A stretch of DNA of 64,000 nucleotides from an uncultured archaeon (lineage in GTDB: Archaea > Asgardarchaeota > Lokiarchaeia > Sigyniarchaeales > SOKP01): positions 1 to 64,000 of the forward strand of contig CAZGJX010000006.1 in assembly GCA_964525635.1 (NCBI GenBank), written 5' to 3'. The notes below the pieces were generated by a model. The model was not told where the DNA came from. It made no database searches and saw nothing but the letters and a program-made list of their open reading frames with translations. How positions within the stretch are numbered: the stretch's first letter is position 1; every line of letters starts with the position of its first letter. Both the position numbers and the translations under genes were made by a program. Below, piece by piece: positions 49,743-59,714 of the stretch.

Positions 49743-51071
49743 CTAATAAAAGTTTAAATATTCATAGGCTTGGTTTGATGATTGAAAACAGTATTTAACT
49801 GATTGAAATCCTTTTCTGAATTCTAATACTTCTTGTTTAATTTTATTTGGATCTTTTTGATCAATAATTAATTTTTTAAAGAATTCAGCGATATCTGTCA
49901 TTTCACTTTTTCCCATTCCTAATCGAGTTATTTCTGATGTACCAACTCTTAGACCTCCTGGATTCAAATAATGTCTACCTTTCCTAATATCTTGTGGTAA
50001 AAGGTTTCGATTTATTATAATATTTGCTTCTTCTAAAATTTTTTCAATGTCTCCACCAAGTCCAATATTTTTTTCAAAATTTGAAATATCTATCACTAGC
50101 TGGTGAGATTCAGTAAATCCTTTATGTTCACATAATACATTGAAACCTCTCTCATTCAAAGCTTGGCCTAAAGCCTTTGCATTATCAATCACTTTTTTAT
50201 GGTAATCCTTTCCAAATTCAAGCATCTCTGTTAATGCCACTGATAAACCCGCGACATTATGAAGATGATGATTAGAAAATAAAGCAGGAAATGCAGCCTT
50301 TTTTAATGAATCTATTAGATCTTCTCTATTTGAGATAACCGCTCCATGTTGTGGACCTGGAAGCGTTTTATGGGTGCTAAAAGCAACAGCATCAGCCCCC
50401 TCTCTAAGAGGATCTTGAAAATATCCCGAACCGATTAAACCTGCTACATGAGCCGCATCATATCCGATAAAGGCATCTACTTCTTTAGCAACATCACTTA
50501 ATTCTTTGACAGGATGAGGAAAAAGAAATACAGATGCACCAAATAAAACCATTTCAGGTTCAAATTCTCTAATAATTATCGCTGATTTATCTGGATCAAT
50601 ATTCATATTTTCTTCATCAAATGCTAAATATTTTATTTTTAGACCTCGGACAGTACCAGCCGTCCCATATATAGGCTTACCAGAGCTAGTATATTTCGGA
50701 GCATGAGAAATATGACCTCCCTTTGGTATAGGCATAGCACACATTTTTCCATTATTTTCAGAAGTGAATGCATTATAAAGTACTAGATTTGCCATTACAC
50801 CTGAAATAGGTCGAACATCAGCATGTACACAATTAAAATATTCTTTTGTTAGATCCATACAGATTTGTTCGATCTTATCTATATATTTACACCCTGCATA
50901 TACTCTCTGTCCAACCCATCCCTCGGCATATCTATGACTAAAATCACTAGCACATGCTTCATCAACAGCGGGACTTGTTACATTTTCAGAAGCAATTAAA
51001 GGGATAGATCTCTTTAACATTTTTGAATGTTCTTGTAAGATTAAACGAATTTCTGCTAATTTATTGCTCAA
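49743..51071 (-). CDS. glyA: Serine hydroxymethyltransferase
   Basis: LIASEN, YAEG, DAAH, STHKTLPGPQHG. Confidence 0.97.
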   Translation of the reverse strand: MSNKLAEIRLILQEHSKMLKRSIPLIASENVTSPAVDEACASDFSHRYAEGWVGQRVYAGCKYIDKIEQICMDLTKEYFNCVHADVRPISGVMANLVLYNAFTSENNGKMCAMPIPKGGHISHAPKYTSSGKPIYGTAGTVRGLKIKYLAFDEENMNIDPDKSAIIIREFEPEMVLFGASVFLFPHPVKELSDVAKEVDAFIGYDAAHVAGLIGSGYFQDPLREGADAVAFSTHKTLPGPQHGAVISNREDLIDSLKKAAFPALFSNHHLHNVAGLSVALTEMLEFGKDYHKKVIDNAKALGQALNERGFNVLCEHKGFTESHQLVIDISNFEKNIGLGGDIEKILEEANIIINRNLLPQDIRKGRHYLNPGGLRVGTSEITRLGMGKSEMTDIAEFFKKLIIDQKDPNKIKQEVLEFRKGFQSVKYCFQSSNQAYEYLNFY

Positions 51072-51160
51072 TTTTATTCAATATTTATTTTATCGTAAAA
51101 ATTGATTTAAAAAATATGTCTTTTAATTAAAATTTTTTCACTAACGATTAGATATCAAAT

Positions 51161-51207
51161 GGTTTGGTTTTTAATACATATGAATAATAGTTAAAAATCA
51201 AAACCAA
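51161..51207. other. Imperfect inverted repeat between the coiled-coil gene stop and glyA
   Basis: TGGTTTGGTTTTTAA ... TTAAAAATCAAAACCA. Confidence 0.35.
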
Positions 51208-51210
51208 TTA

Positions 51211-52107
51211 TTATGAACCTTTACTTTTATCAAAAATTAGTCTTGCTTCATAAATATTTAACTTCTTTCCAGCTTTTTGTTTTTCCAATGCTGTAGCAAG
51301 TTTATCTCTTTTTATTTTTTCTAATTTCTTGTTGTCACTTTTATGACTTTTATAATTTGGTCTCCTAGGTTTATTAAATTTACTATGATGAAATTTCTTT
51401 CCTTCTTTCACTAATTTTAAATATTCTTCATGGTATTTATCAGCGTTTTTTTTATTTTCTATTAAGTCCTCTTCAATTTTTTTCTTTTTATCTTTATATT
51501 CTTTTACTTCGTCATATATTTCAAGCATTTTAATATGATAATCTTGAGATTTATTAGACCATTTGTTAAGTTGTTCATATATTTTATTTAGATTAATTTT
51601 AACAATCTTTATTTGTTTCTCTATTTTAAAATAATCATCGCTATCTTCTTGTCCTATTAACTCATTTTTTCTCTCCATCATATCCTGTATTTGATCAATA
51701 TACATATTTTCCTCTGAGATCTCCAGATTCTCTGTTTCTATTATTCTCTCTAAATTTTCTATTTTACTATCTATTTTTTTTATAGAAGAGAATTTTCCTC
51801 TATGTTTATTTTTATCTTTCTGTAATTCATTTCTTTCAGTAATTAATCTGGTTAACAAATCTTTATATTCGATTTTCTTATCTTTTAATTTTGCAACTTT
51901 TTGATTCCAACTATCCCTTCTCTTTCTATATTTCTCTTTTGTAACATTTACTAATTCATTAATATTAGATTCGATTTCTTGAAGAGTGTTAATATAATCT
52001 TTTGTTTTTTGATTTAATTCGTCTCTATTATTCTTTGCTTTATCTAACTGAGATTGAAGATCTTGAAAAGAAGTGGTTGATTTATTATCTGTATTATCAT
52101 TACTCAT
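51211..52107 (-). CDS. Archaeal coiled-coil protein (COG1340-like)
   Basis: Heptad-rich; RDELNQK, LERIIET, GKKLNIYE; start set at MSNDN. Confidence 0.78.
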   Translation of the reverse strand: MSNDNTDNKSTTSFQDLQSQLDKAKNNRDELNQKTKDYINTLQEIESNINELVNVTKEKYRKRRDSWNQKVAKLKDKKIEYKDLLTRLITERNELQKDKNKHRGKFSSIKKIDSKIENLERIIETENLEISEENMYIDQIQDMMERKNELIGQEDSDDYFKIEKQIKIVKINLNKIYEQLNKWSNKSQDYHIKMLEIYDEVKEYKDKKKKIEEDLIENKKNADKYHEEYLKLVKEGKKFHHSKFNKPRRPNYKSHKSDNKKLEKIKRDKLATALEKQKAGKKLNIYEARLIFDKSKGS

Positions 52108-52386
52108 AAAAAGTTCATTAAGGAGTTTTATAAATAGATTAAAAATATTATTTGATAATAAGAAGGTATTATTATTTTTATCTTTTACTTTATATATAAT
52201 ATTTTTATTTGTATTTTTCAAATATTTTGATTTTTTTATATTTATTAAACTATTAAGGATTAGGATAAGGCTATTTCTATCATATAAGATCTCAATTAAT
52301 TAAAATGAATAATAATATATTCTTTTATTTAATGAAATTTATAAAATGATAATCTTTTAGATTTTTATAAGATTTGTTAATAAATA

Positions 52387-53274
52387 ATGGAAAAAAGAGA
52401 ACTAAACATAATTAGGGAAAATGAATTTATCTATTTAATTTTAGATGATCGAAGGAGGTGGCTAGTTCAAGTTAAAAAAGGAGAAAATTTTCATACACAT
52501 AAAGGAATTATTGAATTTGATGATATAATCGGCAAACCATACGGAATCTGTATATTTTCAAAACCTTATAAACAACAAGGATATAAATTCATTATTCTTA
52601 AACCAATTCCATCAGATTTTATTTTACATATGGCAAGAAAAACTCAGATAATTTATCCTAAAGATGCAGGTCTAATTCTATTAAATACAGGTATTGAGCC
52701 AGGTAGTCAAGTAGTTGAAGCAGGGTGTGGTTCTGGTGCATTAACATGTATTTTAGGAAACTATGTAAGGCCTAATGGCCATGTTTATTCTTATGATATC
52801 AGAGAGAAATCAATAAAACAAGCAAGTAAGAATATAAAAAAAGCCAAGCTTGAGAAGTATGTAACAATTAGGTTTGGAAATATAATTGAAGATGATATCA
52901 TTCATGAAGATATAGATGCTATTGTGTTAGATATGCCAAATCCATGGGCAGCAATTAAAAAAATAAAGAAATTTCTAAAGTTTAGTGGTTCTATTGTATC
53001 CTTTTCTCCAACAATCGAACAAGTAAAAAAGACAACTTTTGAATTGAAGAAAAATGAATTTTTTGATGTGAAGTCTGTTGAATTGCTATTGAGGACAATG
53101 CAAATAAAAGAAAATGCTAGTCGGCCAGAAACAAGAATGGTTGGTCATTCGGGTTACTTAACATTCGGAAGAAAAATTGAAGATAAAAAAAATCCGTATA
53201 GATGTATTAAACCTGAGAAAAATGAATTTGTAAGTTTTGAAGGAATGCCATTAAGAGGAAATAATAATGATTAA
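52387..53274 (+). CDS. trmI: tRNA m1A57/58 methyltransferase
   Basis: FHTHKG, RKTQIIYPKD, EAGCGSG, LDMPNPW, FSPTIEQV, HSGYLTF. Confidence 0.94.
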   Translation: MEKRELNIIRENEFIYLILDDRRRWLVQVKKGENFHTHKGIIEFDDIIGKPYGICIFSKPYKQQGYKFIILKPIPSDFILHMARKTQIIYPKDAGLILLNTGIEPGSQVVEAGCGSGALTCILGNYVRPNGHVYSYDIREKSIKQASKNIKKAKLEKYVTIRFGNIIEDDIIHEDIDAIVLDMPNPWAAIKKIKKFLKFSGSIVSFSPTIEQVKKTTFELKKNEFFDVKSVELLLRTMQIKENASRPETRMVGHSGYLTFGRKIEDKKNPYRCIKPEKNEFVSFEGMPLRGNNND

Positions 53275-53325
53275 TTTTATATGTTAAAGAACAAGGATAT
53301 AAACAGAAAAATATAATAGTTTTAT

Positions 53326-53757
53326 TTATAGTGTTTTTACTTTCCCACCAGTATTATATTGTTTTTTAACTTTGTATCTTTCAGTTTTAAAAAAATGAGT
53401 TTTTCCTTCTGCAGATATTTCTAAATATTTTGTTATTATTTCAATAATAAGCTTCTTAGTATATTTATCACTCATAATTTTTTCAGGTTCGTTAAGATAT
53501 GATATAATGTCTTTATTTTTAGAATCTTCACTTAAACCAAGGTTTTTTAAAGGGATATGATATGAATGTAAAAACCAACCTTTTACCTCTGCTTCATGCC
53601 CCATTATTTTTAATATATTTGCCTCCTCTTTACGAATTTTAATATCCATCAGTTTTTTTTTTTTCCCTGGACGAATTGTTATTGTGATATATTCTGGAAT
53701 TTTATTTTTTTTATTGTTATGGATTTTTTTTAAGAATTCTTTATATTTTTCACTCAT
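53326..53757 (-). CDS. Hypothetical basic protein
   Basis: ~143-aa ORF starting MSEKY after a GTGA SD. Confidence 0.65.
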   Translation of the reverse strand: MSEKYKEFLKKIHNNKKNKIPEYITITIRPGKKKKLMDIKIRKEEANILKIMGHEAEVKGWFLHSYHIPLKNLGLSEDSKNKDIISYLNEPEKIMSDKYTKKLIIEIITKYLEISAEGKTHFFKTERYKVKKQYNTGGKVKTL

Positions 53758-53861
53758 ATTTAATTCAATCACTTTATTTCTTTAATCAATATATTAAAAA
53801 TATTCAATACACTTATTATTTATGGTCTCCTATTCTCCATATTACTATATTTTTATAATAA

Positions 53862-54926
53862 ATGAGAGGGAGATTGTGTTTGATGGACTCTCTGAAAAGT
53901 ATCCCTTCCGAATATAGCATTTTTAAAAAAAAGATTTGTCTCTTAGGCGGTCAAGAACTTATTAAAAATGAATTTCAAAGAAAAATGAGTTCCAGTTGTC
54001 TTTCGATCCAAAATAAAAATAATATTGGAGTGAACCTTTCAAAAGTCGATTTAATACATGAAAACCACTATATTTTTGAATATTATCTTTGGAATATACA
54101 TTGTGGAAAAGAAAAAGCGTTTATAAGAGGAACATATTATCCTGGAACTGAAGCTGTAATTGTTCTTATTTCAGAGAATAAAGTTGATCAAATATTCTCT
54201 TATTTTAATGAAATAAAAGCCAATCTCCCCGTTGTTAATTTAGTATTCAGCATAGTTCTTAAAGATCGAACAATTGAAGATATAGAACAAACTTATTTTA
54301 AAAATCAGAAATTTAAAAACTTTAGAAAAGAAGAAAATATTATAATTAGTAAAACTTTAAGCCCAAAACAAATCTTTGGTCAAATTAGTACTTTCCTTTT
54401 AGATAATATAAAACAAAATAAAACCAGAGATAATTTTGCCATCGCTTATACTCCGTTTAATATAATAGTTAATAATAAACAAATTGATTATTCCTGTGAT
54501 GAATATTATGAATCTAGTTATATTTCGTCATATTCTCGCAGAATAAATACTAGCTCACTAAAAAAAGTATTGGAAAAACTAGATATTGAAATTAATGATA
54601 AAAATCCAGATTATATTAATATATTCAATGATAATTTTGGAACATTCTCAATTTTTTTAAGAAATGGTAATGTTTATTTTTCACCAATTAATTGCCAAGG
54701 TTGTAAAGATAAAAGATGTGTAAAATCTGGAAAGAAAAAGTATTTTATATGCATTACAAATAAAACAAAAGGATGGAGTAATATTAGGGGATTAGACCAA
54801 AAAGAACTACTTATATTATCAAAAATCATAACTCTTATGGACGCTGATAAAAATAATTTACCAGAAAGTATATTAGATCAAATAAATAAAATATCTTACT
54901 GTCCTAAAGAAAAGAGCAAAATGTAA
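53862..54926 (+). CDS. Degenerate Rab/Ras-like GTPase domain plus Cys-rich C-terminal domain
   Basis: KKICLLGG..., IGVN, YLWNI, YYPGTEAVIV pattern; CQGC-x4-C in the C-terminal part. Confidence 0.7.
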   Translation: MRGRLCLMDSLKSIPSEYSIFKKKICLLGGQELIKNEFQRKMSSSCLSIQNKNNIGVNLSKVDLIHENHYIFEYYLWNIHCGKEKAFIRGTYYPGTEAVIVLISENKVDQIFSYFNEIKANLPVVNLVFSIVLKDRTIEDIEQTYFKNQKFKNFRKEENIIISKTLSPKQIFGQISTFLLDNIKQNKTRDNFAIAYTPFNIIVNNKQIDYSCDEYYESSYISSYSRRINTSSLKKVLEKLDIEINDKNPDYINIFNDNFGTFSIFLRNGNVYFSPINCQGCKDKRCVKSGKKKYFICITNKTKGWSNIRGLDQKELLILSKIITLMDADKNNLPESILDQINKISYCPKEKSKM

Positions 54927-55365
54927 TTGTTTTTATAGTTAAAATTTATCCTAAAACCAAAAAGAAATTACATCCTTTTTTTAAAAAGAGAATGAATTTT
55001 CCAAATATTCTCTATTTTAAGATAATTAGAAAAATCAGAGAAATCGTTATAGGCTAACCTACATAGTAGTAGTATAATTGTCATAAAAGAATAATGAGCT
55101 TTTTTTTAAAAGAAATCAATAAAAATATTTTTTTATTGTTTGATTGATAGTGAAATTACTCAAAAAATCATAAGTATTAAATTGAATATATGTATATTTT
55201 TTACAATAAATGTATAATTTTTTAAGAGTAATCTCTTTAACCAGAAAATCTATAAAGAAATAATGTTAATTGAAAGACTGTAAAAAGTTAAGCAATTTAC
55301 TTAAAAATATTTTAAATAATATTATATAAAAGAAAAATATCAAATTAGTAAATATAATTTAAATT

Positions 55366-56781
55366 ATGAGGAAAATTGAATTAGTTTTTAGGACAGTTGA
55401 AGAAAGAACATCTCAAATAGCATTAGATTTTGCTATAAAAAATATTGATCCAGATAATGTACATATTATCAAAAATATCAAACCATTTTCTAAAGCTATG
55501 GAACATATTCTAGAACTAGAATTTGCAGGAGATTATATTGTGTTCATGGATGCTGATTGTATAATTATGGAAAATATGCGTCCATTTCTAAATGAAAACA
55601 GTCATGCATATGTAGATTGTTTTGTAATAGACAAATTTAGAGGAAACATTCATACAGGCGTACATATTACAAGGAGAGATATTATTGAAGAAATGAAAAA
55701 AGTGGAAATATCAGAAAATGATCCAAAATACATTTTACGTCCTGAATCAAGAAGAAGAAATATTGCTTTAGATAATCTAGGAGAAGATAAAGCTTTTAAA
55801 CGTTTTAAAATCTTTCACGATTTTTTTCAATATTATCAAGATATCTTTATTAAATATTCAATTCGGGAATTAAGAAGTCGTTCTGAGCATGCAAAACTAA
55901 AGCTTAACTTTTGCATGGATAATTGGAGAAATGATGATTTAGATTATGTTCTTGCTAAAAAAGCGGTAAAATTTACCAGAAATCATATACCATTAGATGC
56001 ATCATATCAAAAAATAGGGAAATTCATTGAAAAATTACCAAAAATAGCCCTTAAAGAACTAGAAACTATAGATTTAAAGGAAAAAAAACCCTTAAAACTT
56101 CAAGAAGTTCTAAATTTTAGAGCTGCTTATAACACGATCAATCAAACCGATATAAATAGAAAAATATTTTGTATAGGTTTAAGCAGAACGGGTACTAAAA
56201 GTTTAACTGTTGCATTATATATTTTAGGTTATAATGTGATCCATTATCCTCATGATGAAATAACATTTAAAGAATTAACTCAGGGGAATTATAATTTTAA
56301 TTTATTAAAGGATTATGATGGTATTTCAGATATAACCGTGTCACCTTTTTATTCTCATCTATCTAAATTATTCCCAAATAGTAAATTTATATTAACAGTA
56401 AGGAATAAAGAAGATTGGCTTAATTCATTTGAGAAACATTGGAAGGATAGACCTCCATTTAATGATCCAACACAAACAGAGATATATATGAAAGTAAGAA
56501 GATTTTTAAGAGCAAGCGTTTATGGTTCTTATGAATTTAATAGAGAGAGGATGTCTTACATATATGATCTCCATTATAAAAATGTTTTGGACTATTTTAA
56601 AGATAAACCTAATTCTTTATTAGTTTTAGATATTTTTAAAGATAATAATTGGAAAATGCTATGTGATTTTTTGAACCTCTCTCCAATAGATGCAACTTTT
56701 CCAAATGTTAAAACGAATGAACAGTTGTCAATGATTAGTAATTTTTTTTCTTATAAAAAAGTAAAAAAAATAAAAAATTAA
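55366..56781 (+). CDS. Fusion of a GT-A-like (DxD) domain and a P-loop sulfotransferase-family domain
   Basis: YIVFMDADC; KIFCIGLSRTGTKSL, KFILTVR..W..S, W..LCDFL. Confidence 0.78.
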   Translation: MRKIELVFRTVEERTSQIALDFAIKNIDPDNVHIIKNIKPFSKAMEHILELEFAGDYIVFMDADCIIMENMRPFLNENSHAYVDCFVIDKFRGNIHTGVHITRRDIIEEMKKVEISENDPKYILRPESRRRNIALDNLGEDKAFKRFKIFHDFFQYYQDIFIKYSIRELRSRSEHAKLKLNFCMDNWRNDDLDYVLAKKAVKFTRNHIPLDASYQKIGKFIEKLPKIALKELETIDLKEKKPLKLQEVLNFRAAYNTINQTDINRKIFCIGLSRTGTKSLTVALYILGYNVIHYPHDEITFKELTQGNYNFNLLKDYDGISDITVSPFYSHLSKLFPNSKFILTVRNKEDWLNSFEKHWKDRPPFNDPTQTEIYMKVRRFLRASVYGSYEFNRERMSYIYDLHYKNVLDYFKDKPNSLLVLDIFKDNNWKMLCDFLNLSPIDATFPNVKTNEQLSMISNFFSYKKVKKIKN

Positions 56782-56783
56782 GC

Positions 56784-57617
56784 TTATTTATCAAAACGAA
56801 AATTTCTATTTAATTCTCCTGCTTTATTTTCAAATAATTGAATAATTTCAGGGGAAAGCTCTTTTTTCCATCTTAAATCTAATTTAATTTCTAAAGGATG
56901 ATCTGAATAATAATATTCATTCCTTTCACTTAATTGAATCGGTGATTTTTCTTTTTTCTCTTTTTGTGATTTTATTATTAAATATTGAGTGCCTATATTA
57001 CCTCCAAGTGGATGATGTTCATGTGAAAAATAATTGAGCATATCTTTATTGAATTCTATATTTAAGAAAGTACATATTTTTTCAATTGTTTTTTCTGGAT
57101 TTAATGCTAATTTTTCATAATGAATTTTTTTTTTTTCCCCTGGAAATCTACCGAAATATTCATTGGTGGAAATTATGTGATTAATCCATTTATTTATTAA
57201 CGCACTTGGATCAGAATTTTTATATTTTCTTATTAAGGAATTTACCACTGCTCTTCCATCTCGTAAAATATAAATTAAATAAAGAGGAACAGAAGATTCA
57301 TATAATTTTTCGGTCTTATTCTTTAACCAATCAAGATTTTTAGTTGAATCAATAATATTTGGCTTATATGTCTTAATAGAAAGGTAGTTATATAAATCAA
57401 TTTCATCTTTCAAATTAAAATCCTTCCATATAGGACATTCATAACCACAGACTTTACAATATTTATCTTCATGGTCACCATTTATATTAATAAATTTTGT
57501 TTTATTTAATTCTCCTGCATAAAAACACAATCTATGACTTCCTAAAATTAATCCAAGTAAAGTAGATCCTGAATGGGGCGCTCCACATATAAAGATAACT
57601 TTTTTATTCTCTCTCAT
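56784..57617 (-). CDS. Sulfotransferase family protein
   Basis: GAPHSGSTLL (5'-PSB), RDGRAVVNS (3'-PB), HYEKL, ICTFL. Confidence 0.9.
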   Translation of the reverse strand: MRENKKVIFICGAPHSGSTLLGLILGSHRLCFYAGELNKTKFININGDHEDKYCKVCGYECPIWKDFNLKDEIDLYNYLSIKTYKPNIIDSTKNLDWLKNKTEKLYESSVPLYLIYILRDGRAVVNSLIRKYKNSDPSALINKWINHIISTNEYFGRFPGEKKKIHYEKLALNPEKTIEKICTFLNIEFNKDMLNYFSHEHHPLGGNIGTQYLIIKSQKEKKEKSPIQLSERNEYYYSDHPLEIKLDLRWKKELSPEIIQLFENKAGELNRNFRFDK

Positions 57618-57738
57618 ATTGATTTCTTATTTATTGGTTCTCTATAAAAGATTATTACGTAATTAAATTTGATTTTTTTGAGTCAATGTTAATAAAGATC
57701 TTTTAATTAATAATAATAAATTTCAAATTTTAATTAAA

Positions 57739-58176
57739 TTGATTGTGAAAAAGATGGTTGTTATTCTAAAAACTTTCAACATAAATACAAAACCTTACTG
57801 TGATGTAATAAATATAACAAATCAGGTTCAAAAAGCAGTAAAAGAAAGTAATATCACAAATGGTTTAGCAAATATTCACGTAGCAGGGTCCACAGCAGCT
57901 ATATCTACAGTAGAATATGAACCTGGTTTAGTAAAGACAGATATTGAAGCTTTTTTGGAAAAAATAATTCCTTATGATGAAAAATATGCTCATCACAAGA
58001 CTTGGGGGGATCATAATGGAGCAGGGCATGTAAGATCATTTCTCTTAAAAACTTCTCAGACTTTTCCCGTTCAGAACAAAAGAATAATATTAGGGACATG
58101 GCAACAGATAATATTATTAGAACTTGATGAAAAACCCAGAAATCGTGAAATATATTGTACATTTATAGGAGAATAA
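57739..58176 (+). CDS. YjbQ/UPF0047 family protein
   Basis: GSTAA, HH...NGAGH, LGTWQQI.LELD. Confidence 0.92.
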   Translation: MIVKKMVVILKTFNINTKPYCDVINITNQVQKAVKESNITNGLANIHVAGSTAAISTVEYEPGLVKTDIEAFLEKIIPYDEKYAHHKTWGDHNGAGHVRSFLLKTSQTFPVQNKRIILGTWQQIILLELDEKPRNREIYCTFIGE

Positions 58177-58263
58177 ATATAAGATATTAGTTTTTCTTAA
58201 TATCTCTATTTTTTATCGTTTTTTTTTTTTCTTCTTATATTAGAGGTAAGAATTTAAGATCAA

Positions 58264-58458
58264 TTATTTTTTCTTTATCAAGTTTAAAAATTCATTTAAT
58301 AATTCTGTATATGTTTTACGATATTGTTGCTCTAAAAAAATTCTATATCTTTCTTGTGATTGGCCTATAAAAGAATTTTCTAATTTTTTTAAGAATTCAT
58401 CTCTACGATCAATTTGATATTTTAAATTTTCTAAAAATTCACTTCTTTCACTAATCAA
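58264..58458 (-). CDS. Small helical hypothetical protein
   Basis: 64 aa; GGTGA SD before a TTG start. Confidence 0.6.
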   Translation of the reverse strand: MISERSEFLENLKYQIDRRDEFLKKLENSFIGQSQERYRIFLEQQYRKTYTELLNEFLNLIKKK

Positions 58459-58959
58459 TCATATTCACCTTGTGGAAATATTAATTAATTAAATTCATCA
58501 AAAAAATAGATAAAAAATATAAATATCATGGATGTAATACAAGCTCTTAAGAGAGAAATAATGGTTTGAGTACTATATTTATTTCTGGAAAATATCAAAA
58601 AATCATATTTTATTGAAATTATATAATTTTTACTTTAAATCTTCTTAAATTTTAGTTTAAAATAAAAATAGAATATCATATTCTTTTTATAAATAATTTT
58701 ATTTGGAAGAAAGGATTTTGAGGAATTTAGAATTTTAATGTATATATATAATAAGTGAGAATTATGATTACTATTCTAGTTATTGTTTCAACGGTTCGTC
58801 GAAATTCTATAAAACCTTATAATTTCTTATAAAAATCAACAAATCATCGCTCTATTCTGTTTTAAATAATTATTATCTCCTTATTATAATAGAAAATTTA
58901 TAATAAAAAGAAGGGAGTGTGATTAGAAAAAGTAAAGGTATAAAAAAGTAAAGCATTGG

Positions 58960-59345
58960 AATGGCATCTCAGAAAGATAATGAATGTTTTTGACACTATA
59001 TTCCATAAATCATCTTATATCCTTCCTACAGAATATAATTCACGATCACATAACTTATTACTTCAATTAGATTGAAATAGGTATGTGTGTGCTTAAAAGA
59101 ATGATACTTCTATGGAGTTTTCTCCTTCCATCTTTAAGTGGGTATTCTCACAAGTCGAGGATATCGAGCCTCGATTGAAACAGGATAGTCCCTCCTTAGA
59201 GTGGTATTAGAAGTGTCGTGGATTTGAGTACTGCGGGATAACTTCCTTCAAGACTTCGGAGATATCAATGATATTGATATTTATGAGGTATGTTTTGAAC
59301 TCAGTGATGAGCGCACAGCCTTATAACCTTAGGGCTGGTCTTTTT
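58960..59345 (+). ncRNA. Candidate structured non-coding RNA, family unassigned
   Basis: GC-enriched relative to its flanks, no convincing ORF, several hairpins with G-U pairs on the + strand, terminal hairpin plus T-tract. Confidence 0.55.
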
Positions 59346-59714
59346 CAACTAAAAAGATTGATAACTAGAATAGAAATTTGTGATTTTTCAAAGAATTGCG
59401 AGATTTTTATAAATAGTTGTAAGGTTAGAGGGAGATTTCGAGAGATTTGATACATATAATTACTTTGGAGATCATCCAGAGAAAATGATTTCTTTTTTAA
59501 AAGAAAATTGGTATTAATCATTCCATTCTTATTTTCCTTTTTTTCTATATAATTAAACAAGAAATCCTTATTAAATACCTTTATATGCTTTTAATTTGAG
59601 ATTTATAAAAATATTTTTAGTTTTTTACTTTAATAAGGGATCACCTTTCCACAATCTTTAATTAAAAATAATTTTATTATATTAGTAAATAATTCAAAAG
59701 GGTAATAAAAAAAT

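Noticed and set aside
59165-59320. Fragments resembling known ribozymes (AGGATAGTCC like group I S or RNase P P4; minus-strand GTGCG like a group II intron start)
   Set aside because: Partner elements (R/P7, CR-V, domain V) were not found, so no family is assigned.
59268-59560. Short ORFs 59268-59450 (+) and 59345-59560 (-)
   Set aside because: No motifs, and they overlap each other and the structured RNA candidate; probably spurious.
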